Shown here: piece after piece, positions 20,783 to 30,695 of the stretch
Position numbering within the stretch: position 1 is the first letter of the stretch
How the letters are laid out: each line of letters starts with the position of its first letter
NCBI GenBank assembly: GCA_963727525.1
Contig: CAVSGO010000005.1
Coordinates: forward strand, 192,001 to 256,000
DNA from: an uncultured bacterium
GTDB taxonomy: Bacteria; Krumholzibacteriota; Krumholzibacteriia; LZORAL124-64-63
Direction: 5' to 3'
Length of the DNA: 64,000 nucleotides
Translations under genes and position numbers: made by a program
The notes under the pieces: generated by a model
What the model was told of the DNA's origin: nothing
Seen by the model: only the letters and a program-made list of their open reading frames with translations
The model's database searches: none

Positions 20783-23700
20783 ATGACGAGAAGGGTCTTC
20801 CATCACATCAGTTCTGGCTTGCTGGCGATCCTGGCCGCGTTGAGCCTGGCGCAGACGGCCCTCGCCGACGTGGCGCCGAGTGTCGAGATCCGCCTGGCGT
20901 CGCCCTTCGTGGCGGTGAAGGCCGGCGAGGTCTACGACGGCCGTTACGAGATCGTCTGCGCCGAGGACGGCACGCTCGCCGACTTCGCGCTCGCCGGTGC
21001 GAGCTGGTCGGCCAGCCTCACCGACGCGCCGCGTTCGCGCGACGTGCGTGCCGGCGATCGTTTCGTCGTGCCTTTCACGGCCACGCCCATGGACCCCACG
21101 CAGAAACTCGAGTTCACCTGCTCCTTCAACGGTTACACGGTGCACTACGCGATCGACCTGTCCGAGCGCAACGTGCACGACATGACCGAGGGCGCGCCTA
21201 CAGCGCCGGTTCCCGCGTTTCTGGACGGACGCGGCGACCCCTCGTACCGCGACGAGGACCTCGTCCTTGGCGGTCCGGGTCCCGAGCCGCCGCGCGACAG
21301 CCGGCGCACCGTCACCGTCACCGGGCGTTTCGGCTGCACGCTCGACGACGGTACCTACCTGCCGGGTCACTCCGTCCTCGTGCAGGTATACGACGAGGAC
21401 TCACTCGTCGACGACCTCCTGGTCTCCGGCTACACCAACTACGATGGCTACTACACGCTCGCCTTCAACAGCGACGACGCCGGCTGGCTCGACGAGCCCG
21501 ACGTCTATGTGCGCTTCACCACGAGCAACGGACGGATGCGCGTGTACGAACCGTCCAGCGGCGACAACTACGCCTTCGTCACCGGCGTCACGAACGACTA
21601 CACCGGCACCTACCTCGACTACGGTTCGCTTCAGCCCGCGAATCCCGACCTGCATCCTTGCGTCTTCCTGCACACGCAGGGCTCCCGCGGCTGGGTACAC
21701 GACAACAACCTCGGCTACGACGTGCCGGCGGCGCGCGTGGAATGGCCATCGGCCGCCTGGCCGAATACCAGCGGCGACGGGCGCATCCAGATTCGCAGCG
21801 ACTTCAGCTGGAACGATGGCACGCTCTGGCACGAGTACGGCCACTGGTTCGACCACGAGATGGCGAGCTGGGAGCCGTTCAACTACTGCAACGGCGTCTG
21901 CGACAACCCGCCCGACTGCGGCCACTGCTTCTGGTGCCAGGAGAGTCAGGCCATCGCCTGGCTCGAGGGCTGGGCGCAGTTCCACTCCTGGGCCGTCGGC
22001 TCCTGGTACCCCGGCTACTATGGGCGCTCGCCCCTGAGCGCCGTGAATGCCGAGAACCTCGGCACGTGCAGCGGCACCTATGGCGACCCCACCCTCACCG
22101 AGGGCTTCATCGCCGCCCTCACGCAGGACATCGCCGACAACGCGCAGGACAGCCATGGCGTGTACGGCACCTACACCGACCGGCTGGCCGTGGGAGTCGA
22201 CGACGTGTTCAACCTCAACGCCCTCGACAACCCGACCGGCTCGATGGACTTCATCAGCAAGTACATCGCGCGCTACGTGAGCCAGCGCGAGCTGTTCTGG
22301 GAGACGGCCGCGAACTGCGGCTACGACCTCGACGCCACCGCGCCCGGTCTGGTCGCCAACCTGCACTCCACCGACCACACAGCGGGCCTCGAGTCGCCCG
22401 ACCCCACGGTGAGCATGGCCTGGACGCGCGCGTCGGACAATCTGTCCGGCATCGCCGGCTACGGCCTGTTCGTCGCAGTGGGCGGACCGGGCCTGCCCTC
22501 GGCGGTGCAGGACATCGGCGACGTGACCAGCTACACCACCGATCCCCTGCCGCCGGGCACCTACTATTTCTGCATCCGCAGCGTTGACAACGCCGGCAAC
22601 TGGAGCGCCAGCTACGCGAGCTGGGGGCCGATCGTGATCCGCGAGCCGGATCCGGCCGATCTCATTCCGTACCTGCCCACGGGCTGGGATTACCCTCTGG
22701 TGCCGCGCGACGCCAACGACGCCACCATCAGCTCGGCTGAGGTCTCCGCCACGCTACCGGGAGGCGCCGCGAGCACCTACTGGAACATCTTCGGCCAGAA
22801 CCAGGGCGAGGCATCCACGGGCGTGGGCTTCTATGCCTGGCTGAACGTCGATGGCGAGAACGAGGCCAGCGTGTACTGGAACGCGGTGGGGGCGGGCGGC
22901 CTCTACTACGGTCCGAACCGCGGCCCGCTGACCGTACAAGCCGGCCGCCACTCGTTCACCTGTCGTCACGACGCCACGGACGTGGTGGCGGAGATCGACG
23001 AGACCAACAATGTCTTCGGCCGGCAGTTCATCTGGACGACGCCGACCATCTCCCCCGGCGCGCTGGTAACCCGCCCGGCGCCACCGGCCACCAACGGTGG
23101 CTGGAGCGACGTCACCTCGGGGTCCCTGTACTACAACTGCGACGGCGTCAGCGTCTCCACCACGACCGGCTGGTGGCACGCCGTGGCGGTGTGGGCCGAT
23201 TCGGACAGCGACGACTTCGACTGCCGTCTGCACACCACCTCCACCGGCGCCGAGACCGGCTTCGGCGCCAGCCTCGGCTACAGCACCAACGTCTACGGCC
23301 AGCTCGACGGCGTGATCGCCAACCGCAACCAGGTGAGCGACACGAGCTGGGACGTCGGCGTACTGCGCTGGAGCGGCGAGGGCACCTACAAGGCCTATCA
23401 CGCCTACAGCCAGATCCTCACCTTCGGCGATTCGGTCACCGTCGCGATGCCAACGAACGTGCCGATCCTGCTGCGGGAGTTCTTTGTGAGCACGGACGTC
23501 ATCGGCCCCGTGAGCGTGACCGCGCAGTGCGATCCCGCCGACGGTCCGATGCGGCTCGCCCTGCTGAACAGCACGTTCACGACGGGAAGCTTGACGTCCG
23601 GCGACCAGCTCGGTACCCAGTGGACCGACGGCGACGGCTTCGCTCGCGTGTCCAGCGACATCGCCACCACCGGCTGGTACGGCATCGTCGTCTACCGTGA

Positions 23701-25150
23701 CCAGGCAGGCGGTCTGCCGGCGACGAACGTGACCATCGAGGTCTCCACCACGCCGCCGGATCTGGCGCCGTGGACGCCGAGCGGCTGGTACGCGGGCCTC
23801 GTGCCTCGATCGGCACTCGACGGGACATCCACCTCCTGCCCGCTGCCCGACACGCTGTACTCCACGCCGCAGTACTCGTATCTCAACGTGGCAGCCACGA
23901 ACCTCGGGCCCGTGCCGTCGACCCTGCCGACGCACCTCTACCGCGACGATGCCTACCTCGGCTACGTCAGCTGGGGCGAGTTACCCGCAGGAGGCCAGGT
24001 GTCCTACAACTGGAACCATCAGTTCGCCTTCTCGCCGGGACGGCACATCCTCGCCCTGCGCGTGGACGGCGGCAACGAGATCGAGGAGACGAACGAGACC
24101 AACAATATCCGCGGCGAGCACTGGATCTGGAGTCCCTACGCCATGACGCCGCCCGCGACGGCGGCGCGTCCGGCTCCGCCGGAGCGCACGGCGGGCTGGG
24201 ACGACGTGACGATACCTGAAAGCCTCTACTACAACTGCGACGGTCTACGCCTCGCGGGGACCGGGGTGGGTTACTGGAAGAGCGTCGCCATCCTGCCGGC
24301 CGCAGGGTCAGACTTCGACCTGCGCCTGCATACGAAGGGAACCGGCACGAAGGATGGCTTTAGCGGTGCACTCGCGGGATCGTTCTTGGCCGGCACGGTC
24401 ACCGAGTACATGCTCGTGGACTACAACTCCACCGCGTTTGCCGACTACGATGTCGGCGTGCTGCGCTGGAGTGGTTCCGGCACCTACAAGGCGCAAACAT
24501 CCGCGTCGCAGTACCTCGGCGACGCACCCGTGGGCACCTGGGGTCCCTACACCATCGCGAGTGGCGGACTGACGCAGCTCATCGAGTTCCGGTTCCCGGT
24601 CGACGCCTACCAGATCACGGTCGACAACCTGTCGGGCGCCGACCTGGCGATCGCGATGCACAAGTCCGGCGTCGTGTACCAGAACCGGCTGGACGCGTTC
24701 GCCGAAGCCACGGATGCGGTGGCCGGAGCCGACCAGTCCATGACCGTCTCCGTCTCGGAGCAGGCCTACTACTGCCTCGTGATCTACCGACAGGATCAGG
24801 GCGGCGGTGCGGCCTCGTTCAACCTCACGATCTCGTCGGGCCTCACACCCGTCGAGGACGGCCTGCCCGCGCTGGCGAACCGCCTGGCCGGCGCCTCGCC
24901 CAATCCGTTCAACCCCCGCACGACCCTTGCGTACGAGGTCGCCAGGAGCACGCACGTGTCGCTGGCGATCTACGACCTGAACGGACGGCGGGTGCGCACG
25001 CTCGTCGACCGGCCACTGGCGGCCGGTCGCTATGAGGCGACCTGGGACGGCACGGACGACCGGGGCGGCCGCCTGGCTTCCGGCATGTACGTGGCGCAGT
25101 ACCGCGCGAGCGGCCAGGTGCAGACACGCAAGCTGACCCTGGTCAAGTGA
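20783..25150 (+). CDS. large secreted zinc metallopeptidase-like protein with duplicated CARDB-like modules and FlgD-Ig C-terminal domain
   Basis: HEYGH plus downstream 'WLEGWA' Glu; FN3-like segment; two 'E.DETNN' CARDB-like motifs; 'PNPFNP...KLTLVK'. Confidence 0.8.
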   Translation: MTRRVFHHISSGLLAILAALSLAQTALADVAPSVEIRLASPFVAVKAGEVYDGRYEIVCAEDGTLADFALAGASWSASLTDAPRSRDVRAGDRFVVPFTATPMDPTQKLEFTCSFNGYTVHYAIDLSERNVHDMTEGAPTAPVPAFLDGRGDPSYRDEDLVLGGPGPEPPRDSRRTVTVTGRFGCTLDDGTYLPGHSVLVQVYDEDSLVDDLLVSGYTNYDGYYTLAFNSDDAGWLDEPDVYVRFTTSNGRMRVYEPSSGDNYAFVTGVTNDYTGTYLDYGSLQPANPDLHPCVFLHTQGSRGWVHDNNLGYDVPAARVEWPSAAWPNTSGDGRIQIRSDFSWNDGTLWHEYGHWFDHEMASWEPFNYCNGVCDNPPDCGHCFWCQESQAIAWLEGWAQFHSWAVGSWYPGYYGRSPLSAVNAENLGTCSGTYGDPTLTEGFIAALTQDIADNAQDSHGVYGTYTDRLAVGVDDVFNLNALDNPTGSMDFISKYIARYVSQRELFWETAANCGYDLDATAPGLVANLHSTDHTAGLESPDPTVSMAWTRASDNLSGIAGYGLFVAVGGPGLPSAVQDIGDVTSYTTDPLPPGTYYFCIRSVDNAGNWSASYASWGPIVIREPDPADLIPYLPTGWDYPLVPRDANDATISSAEVSATLPGGAASTYWNIFGQNQGEASTGVGFYAWLNVDGENEASVYWNAVGAGGLYYGPNRGPLTVQAGRHSFTCRHDATDVVAEIDETNNVFGRQFIWTTPTISPGALVTRPAPPATNGGWSDVTSGSLYYNCDGVSVSTTTGWWHAVAVWADSDSDDFDCRLHTTSTGAETGFGASLGYSTNVYGQLDGVIANRNQVSDTSWDVGVLRWSGEGTYKAYHAYSQILTFGDSVTVAMPTNVPILLREFFVSTDVIGPVSVTAQCDPADGPMRLALLNSTFTTGSLTSGDQLGTQWTDGDGFARVSSDIATTGWYGIVVYRDQAGGLPATNVTIEVSTTPPDLAPWTPSGWYAGLVPRSALDGTSTSCPLPDTLYSTPQYSYLNVAATNLGPVPSTLPTHLYRDDAYLGYVSWGELPAGGQVSYNWNHQFAFSPGRHILALRVDGGNEIEETNETNNIRGEHWIWSPYAMTPPATAARPAPPERTAGWDDVTIPESLYYNCDGLRLAGTGVGYWKSVAILPAAGSDFDLRLHTKGTGTKDGFSGALAGSFLAGTVTEYMLVDYNSTAFADYDVGVLRWSGSGTYKAQTSASQYLGDAPVGTWGPYTIASGGLTQLIEFRFPVDAYQITVDNLSGADLAIAMHKSGVVYQNRLDAFAEATDAVAGADQSMTVSVSEQAYYCLVIYRQDQGGGAASFNLTISSGLTPVEDGLPALANRLAGASPNPFNPRTTLAYEVARSTHVSLAIYDLNGRRVRTLVDRPLAAGRYEATWDGTDDRGGRLASGMYVAQYRASGQVQTRKLTLVK

Positions 25151-25237
25151 CCGACGTGCGCCGTATTCGCCCGACGGCGCACTCGCGGCTCCGCAACCCT
25201 CGTGGTTGCGGGGCCGCCCTACTTCGTGTGGGCACAC

Positions 25238-25270
25238 GAAGAACCCCGCCACCTCTCGGTGGCGGGGTTC
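25238..25270 (-). terminator. terminator hairpin between convergent genes
   Basis: GAACCCCGCCACC-tctc-GGTGGCGGGGTTC 13-bp perfect stem. Confidence 0.7.
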
Positions 25271-25300
25271 TCGAATTCAACCCGTGGGCTGACTCTGGAC

Positions 25301-25615
25301 TTACCAGCGACCGCCGCGGCTGCCGCCACCGCCGCCACCGCCGCCATAACCGCCGCCGCCGCCGCCGCTACGCGGACGGCTCTCGGCCTCGTTCACACGA
25401 AGCGCGCGGCCACCCAGTTCCTTGCCGTCGAGGGCCTGGATCATGGCCTGTGCCGCGTTGTCGTCCACTTCCACGAAGCCGAAGCCGCGCGGACGACCGG
25501 TCTCGCGGTCGTTGATCAAAGCGACCGAATGAACGGTGCCGTGCTGACCGAAGAGCTGAGTAATCTCGTCATCGGTCGCGCTGAAAGGCAGGTTACCCAC
25601 GTACAACTTCTTCAA
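25301..25615 (-). CDS. RRM RNA-binding protein (paralogue of 9110..9460)
   Basis: KLYVGNL / RGFGFVEV; TTG start chosen because it lies 8 nt after GGAG, exactly as in the paralogue. Confidence 0.93.
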   Translation of the reverse strand: MKKLYVGNLPFSATDDEITQLFGQHGTVHSVALINDRETGRPRGFGFVEVDDNAAQAMIQALDGKELGGRALRVNEAESRPRSGGGGGGYGGGGGGGGSRGGRW

Positions 25616-26055
25616 AGCATTCACTCCAACCGCCGGTTCTCCGGCTTGACCAAGCGCTCAGGATCGCCAGTGTCTTCTGGCGCATCCGGCTGCGCTTCCA
25701 CCTCCCCGACGACCTAGTCGATCGCGGGGTGCCAATCCCCAACAGATCGGCTACGTTAAACGGACCGGCAACTCAACGCCACCGCTCGTTTGGCCATCCC
25801 CAGCAAACGCCAGGGATGGCCCCTAATAGCCGATTTCAAGAGCGTGAGCGGGATTTCCAGAGCTTTGGCACGCCGCGCGAACCCGCCGGCCGCGCCTGTC
25901 GACCGGTATCGACGTTCCGGGGCGCAATGGGGAACGGCCCATGTGCCACCACCTTGATACCCGCCGCGTACGACGTCAGGTGTTGGAAGTCTCCGTCAAT
26001 ATCTACGCGAACACCGCGACCCGCCAGAGGCGGTGATGAAGCCGATGAATCGCCG

Positions 26056-27216
26056 TTACCGATACATCGATTTCAGGTCGCCGAAGGTCCGCGACTCAGT
26101 CGCCACGTTCGGCTGCACGGAGATCGTGAGGGCGACCTCCGTCGTGCAGGGCGGGTCATAGTCGTCGGTCGCCGCGAAATGGATCACATGGTCGCCGACC
26201 TCGTTGATGTCCGGCGTGAATGTCATGCCCACGGTCGACGGATTACCATCGGTGCTCACGAAGTCGAAGTTCGCGAGCCCGCCGGTATCAACCTCGGTAT
26301 GGACCGTCTGCCCGGCTTCGGGCCCGATGAATCCCACCGTGAGATTCAGCGATGGATGTGTCTCGTCCAGCACCACGGTGTTATTTGCGGGGAAGTTGAT
26401 GGCTACCGGGCACTGATTGACGTCGCCGCTGACGTTGAAACAGATCTCCTGGTCGTCGAGCCAATCGACACCGCTGATGCCATCGGGCCCCGCGTAGTCG
26501 GCGCCGGAATGATCGAAGCGGCCGACGTTGAAATAGTTCACGCCGTCGCCCTTGTTCACCCCGGTGGTCGCGGCGGAGCCACCGAAACCGCCACTGCCAC
26601 CGGAGGCGTCGCCCGTTGTCCACTGCATGTCGCCGTAGCAGAAGCAGACGTTGTTGCCGGCGCCGATGCCGTCGAACGTACCGTCGCTGATGATGAGCTG
26701 GAACGTCGACTGCAGGTCCGTGTGCTGGGAGTAGTAGCCGACGTGATCCCAGGTGACCGCCAGGTAGTGCGGATCCATCTTCATCCACACGACGCCAGCG
26801 CCGTTATCGAGCGCGCGTGTATCGACGTCGCCCCAGAAGGCCGCAACCATCGGGTAGTCCGCGACGGGGAATCCCTCTGGCGTATAGGTCGAGTAGGGTC
26901 CGCCGAACGAGACGTTGCCATTGTTGTTGATCCATAGCTGAGTCTGCGGCGTGCCGAAGAGATCGAAGGTGAACGGGAGCGTCACCATATCACTCGAACC
27001 ATCGTCGTTCTCGTAACAATCGGCCTGAGCGTTCGTGAAAGGAACGACCTGCCAGGTCGAGTCCAGCGGCAAGCAGAGCCCGGGACTGCCCTGCTGATTG
27101 CAGGGATACTGCGAGGGAACGGACACCGTGGGGCGATCTCCGGGTTTCCCGGCCAGCGCCGGTACCGACACCGCGAGGATCAACCCGACCAGCAACACGA
27201 CATAGCGGGGTCGCAT
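26056..27216 (-). CDS. secreted nidogen(NIDO)-like domain protein with C-terminal FGDLKSMYR tag
   Basis: 'NDDGSS..LPF.F..FG...WINNNGNVSF', 'AAFWGDVDTR', 'TFQLII', 'CYGDMQWTTG' match NIDO pattern; signal peptide. Confidence 0.82.
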   Translation of the reverse strand: MRPRYVVLLVGLILAVSVPALAGKPGDRPTVSVPSQYPCNQQGSPGLCLPLDSTWQVVPFTNAQADCYENDDGSSDMVTLPFTFDLFGTPQTQLWINNNGNVSFGGPYSTYTPEGFPVADYPMVAAFWGDVDTRALDNGAGVVWMKMDPHYLAVTWDHVGYYSQHTDLQSTFQLIISDGTFDGIGAGNNVCFCYGDMQWTTGDASGGSGGFGGSAATTGVNKGDGVNYFNVGRFDHSGADYAGPDGISGVDWLDDQEICFNVSGDVNQCPVAINFPANNTVVLDETHPSLNLTVGFIGPEAGQTVHTEVDTGGLANFDFVSTDGNPSTVGMTFTPDINEVGDHVIHFAATDDYDPPCTTEVALTISVQPNVATESRTFGDLKSMYR

Positions 27217-27462
27217 GGAGAACCTCCTGAATTGATGGGGATACGGATGCTGAAGCGGTCGGACGAGGCTGGCCGGATCAGCGACGGATGCACCGTCGAT
27301 CGTCGGCACACTGCCCAGCGGTCGGCGCGGCGACCGGGATCGGTGGCGATTCACCACATATACCCCGGAAGACCGACGACAGTATCAACGGGTTCATAGC
27401 AGACGGCAACGATCCGATATCTTTAGTGATGCTCAGGAGTTGTGGTACGTGTCTCGAGCCGT

Positions 27463-27951
27463 TTACCCCAGCGACTTCACGAACACGTACTTCGCATCGC
27501 CCGGCGCGTAGAAGTCGGCGAACACGGCCGCGGTGTCGTAGCCGCAGCGCGTGTAGAAGCCTCGCGTAGGCGCGTACTGCGGTCGGCCGCTCGTCTCGGC
27601 GTAGACGGCGGTGCCGCCTGCCGCGCGGATCTTCAACTCCGTGGCCACGAGCAAACTCCGTCCGAGGCCGCTACCCTGCCGATCGGGATGGACGGCGATC
27701 CAGTAGAGGTCGAAGCTGCCCTCGGTGAGGGGGATGCGGCCGTAACACGAGTAGCCGACGAGACGCGCGCCGTCGTCGGCGAGGAGGAACTCGTAGCCGC
27801 TGGCCGCGCCCTTCTCCAGGCGCTCGTCCACCAGTTCCTGGGCGATAGCGACTTCCTCGGCGTGGAAGAACCCCGTCGCCTCGACGAGCGCACGCACGGC
27901 CCCGGCATCGGCCGGCCGCACGGAATCGCGATAGCCCGCGACCTCGGTCAT
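27463..27951 (-). CDS. GNAT family N-acetyltransferase
   Basis: 'LYWIAVHPDRQGSGLGRSL' acetyl-CoA motif A, 'RGFYTRCGY'; ATGA overlap with upstream gene. Confidence 0.9.
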   Translation of the reverse strand: MTEVAGYRDSVRPADAGAVRALVEATGFFHAEEVAIAQELVDERLEKGAASGYEFLLADDGARLVGYSCYGRIPLTEGSFDLYWIAVHPDRQGSGLGRSLLVATELKIRAAGGTAVYAETSGRPQYAPTRGFYTRCGYDTAAVFADFYAPGDAKYVFVKSLG

Positions 27952-29690
27952 GTCTCGCGACTCCCTTTGCTCAGACCTTCCAGGAAGAACCGGGCGTTGC
28001 GGCCCAGGGTACGGGTACGGTAGCCACCCTCCTGCACCACGAGGGTCGGCAGCCGCAGAGCGCCGATCAGGCGGCCGTTGGCGTGGAAATCGTCGGCCTT
28101 CAGGGTCCACGTGCCCGTGGGATCGCCGCGGCCGGTATCCAGGCCCAGGGCGACCACGAGTACGGCGGGGGCGAAGCGGCGGATCCGGCGCAGCGCCGCC
28201 TCCAGGGCTTCGCGATATCCCGCGCCATCGAGTTGCTCGGGCAGCGGCACGTTGACATTGAACCCGCGGCCGGCGCCCTCCCCCTGCTCGTCGGCAAATC
28301 CCGTGAAGTACGGGTAGGCGAAGCGCGGATGGCCGTGCAGCGAGATCGTGAGCACGTCGTCCCGCGCGTAGAAGATGTCCTGCTGACCGTTGCCGTGGTG
28401 ATAATCCACGTCGAGGATCGCCACCTTGCCCAGATTCGACAGTGCGTGGGCGGCGATCGCCGTGTTGTTGAAGTAGCAGAAGCCGCCGAAGGCGCGGCGC
28501 TCGGCGTGGTGACCGGGCGGCCGCACGAGCGCATAGGCCAGCCGGCGGCCACCGCGGATCTCCTCGACACAGGCCATGGCGCAATCGACCGCCCCACGCG
28601 CGGCCAGGAACGCGTTGCGATTCAGCGGCGTGAACGTGTCGATACAGTAGTACCCCGCACGGATCGCCAGGTCCTGCGGGGGCCGCTGAACGTTGCGGAT
28701 GGGGAACACGTACGGATAGACCGATTTGTCGATCGGCAAGCTGGCGCATACCCGGCGCAGGTATTCCACGAAGTTCGAATCGTGGACCTGCTTGATCCGA
28801 TCGAGCGAGCGCTCGCGGGCCTTGATCATGTCGCACAGCCCCGAGCCGTCCAGCTCGGCGAGGATACGGCGCACACGCACCGGCGCCTCCACGTAGCCGC
28901 GGTCGTGGACGTGATGGATGTCGTGCCGGCTGTTCACAGCCAGGGCGATGCGCTCGTGCCCGATCACGGCCGGCATCCGCGGCGGCGGCGCCGGCTCGCG
29001 CGCGTTGCGTGGCGGCCGCAGCGGGACCGGGTCCTCCTTGAAGGAACGCACCACGGCATCGACGTAGGCCGGCGGGCACAGGTCGCCGTACTTGCGCTCG
29101 AGGATGGCGCGCACCACATCGCGCACGTACGCGCGCCGCAGTGGCTGATCACGATCTAGCAGGTCGGCCACGAGCAGCGGCATGTCCTTGTCGCCGGGTT
29201 CGATGGGTCGGGTGTAGTCGTTGTTGATCAGCGGCCGCGCGCCGAAGCGTTCGTAGAACCGCAGCCGCGCGCGATTGGCCGCGAGATCGGCGCGATCGCT
29301 GCAAGAGGCGGGATCATCGGGCAGGCACTCGAAGAAGATGGCACGGGCACCGAACTCGCGGGCCTCCTCGCGCACGCGTTGATAGAGTGCGGCCCCGATG
29401 CCCCGGCTGGTCAGGCGCGAGCTGCTGGCGATATAATCGAGGTACACCATGTGCAGCTGCGGTTCATGCAGCACGAGCGCGAAGCCCTGCACCCTGCCGT
29501 CGCGAGCCTCGGCCACATGCAGCACGCCGTGAAAACGCTGGATGAACGGGTCGCGCAGCTTGGCCGCAATGCCGGTGATGTCGCGCTCCGACGCGCCGGA
29601 AAACTGGTCGCGCATGATCGCCTGCACCTGCGCGATGGCCTCGCGGTTGATCGGCAGGGAGTCGTCATGGATGCGGCGAATGCGGAACAT
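27948..29690 (-). CDS. GNAT domain fused to histone-deacetylase/acetylpolyamine amidohydrolase domain
   Basis: N-terminal 'LDYIAS....SRGIGAAL...RFYERFGA'; C-terminal RPPGHHA, GGFCYFNN, DVDYHHGNG, LGLD, QEGGY all intact. Confidence 0.9.
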   Translation of the reverse strand: MFRIRRIHDDSLPINREAIAQVQAIMRDQFSGASERDITGIAAKLRDPFIQRFHGVLHVAEARDGRVQGFALVLHEPQLHMVYLDYIASSSRLTSRGIGAALYQRVREEAREFGARAIFFECLPDDPASCSDRADLAANRARLRFYERFGARPLINNDYTRPIEPGDKDMPLLVADLLDRDQPLRRAYVRDVVRAILERKYGDLCPPAYVDAVVRSFKEDPVPLRPPRNAREPAPPPRMPAVIGHERIALAVNSRHDIHHVHDRGYVEAPVRVRRILAELDGSGLCDMIKARERSLDRIKQVHDSNFVEYLRRVCASLPIDKSVYPYVFPIRNVQRPPQDLAIRAGYYCIDTFTPLNRNAFLAARGAVDCAMACVEEIRGGRRLAYALVRPPGHHAERRAFGGFCYFNNTAIAAHALSNLGKVAILDVDYHHGNGQQDIFYARDDVLTISLHGHPRFAYPYFTGFADEQGEGAGRGFNVNVPLPEQLDGAGYREALEAALRRIRRFAPAVLVVALGLDTGRGDPTGTWTLKADDFHANGRLIGALRLPTLVVQEGGYRTRTLGRNARFFLEGLSKGSRET

Positions 29691-29702
29691 CGTCTCGTCC
29701 CT

Positions 29703-30695
29703 CTAGGTGAGTCCGTGCCCGCTCGCCGCGTGGGCGACGATACGGGCGATGATCTCGCGGTATGCGAGCCCCGCACGGGCCGCCGCGGCGGCGTATCCCG
29801 CGTCCGGGGAGAGGCACGCGTTCGCGTTGGCCTCCAGGATCCACGGGTTTCCGTCGGCATCGACACGGAGGTCTACCCGCGCCCATCCTCGCAGGCCCCA
29901 CAGGCGCCAGCACGCGCGGGCCAGATCGCTCAACCGCGCCATCAGCGGCATCTCGGCAGGATCCTCGGGAAACCGGCGCACCGTGTGCGTGTACTCGAAG
30001 GAGCCCTCGTCCCACTTGGCGGCGTAGCCAACGATGCGAGGCTTCTGTGCCGGAAAATCCGCGAAGACGATCTCCGCGATGGGCAGGACCTCGACACCGT
30101 GCGGCCCGGCGAGCAGCGACAGATTGAACTCCCTGCCTTCAATGTAGCGCTCGGCGAACCACGGCGCTCCTGGTCGGTCGGCACGCGCTGCGAGGAGTGC
30201 CCGCGCCGCGCCGGTACCGGCGACGACGGCGGTGTCGTCCATGCCAAGCGACGCGTCCTCCCACAGCGACTTGACGATCCAGCGCGTGTCGGCGTCGTCC
30301 ACGCCGGGATCGACGTCGGACGCGGTGAACCATTGCGGCGTCGGTAGACCGGCGTCGCGCAGCCGCTGCTTGGCCAGCAGCTTGTGCGAGGTCAGGTAGA
30401 TGGCCGCGGCAGGGCAGCCTGCGTAGCGCTGCCTGCGAGCCTCCAGCAAATCCGGCACGAGATGGATCAACCGGCCGTGGCCGCCGAGGGACTCCACGAG
30501 ATTGAAGACGACGTCCGGCCGCTCGCGATCCAGGTAGCTCGCCACGGAGCCCAGGTCGAGATCGCAGCCGAACGCGCCGGCCTCGTGGCCCAGGTCGCGC
30601 AGCGCCTGCGCGACGGCCGCGACCTGGACCAGAACGTCCTGCTCGTCAGGCGCCGCGTGCGGCGCGACCGCGTTGTGCAGTATCGCCACGCGCAT
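29703..30695 (-). CDS. D-Ala-D-Ala-ligase-like ATP-grasp enzyme (second copy)
   Basis: VFNLVES, VKS..EDASLG, ERYIEGREF, ARVDLR, LEANAN. Confidence 0.88.
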   Translation of the reverse strand: MRVAILHNAVAPHAAPDEQDVLVQVAAVAQALRDLGHEAGAFGCDLDLGSVASYLDRERPDVVFNLVESLGGHGRLIHLVPDLLEARRQRYAGCPAAAIYLTSHKLLAKQRLRDAGLPTPQWFTASDVDPGVDDADTRWIVKSLWEDASLGMDDTAVVAGTGAARALLAARADRPGAPWFAERYIEGREFNLSLLAGPHGVEVLPIAEIVFADFPAQKPRIVGYAAKWDEGSFEYTHTVRRFPEDPAEMPLMARLSDLARACWRLWGLRGWARVDLRVDADGNPWILEANANACLSPDAGYAAAAARAGLAYREIIARIVAHAASGHGLT

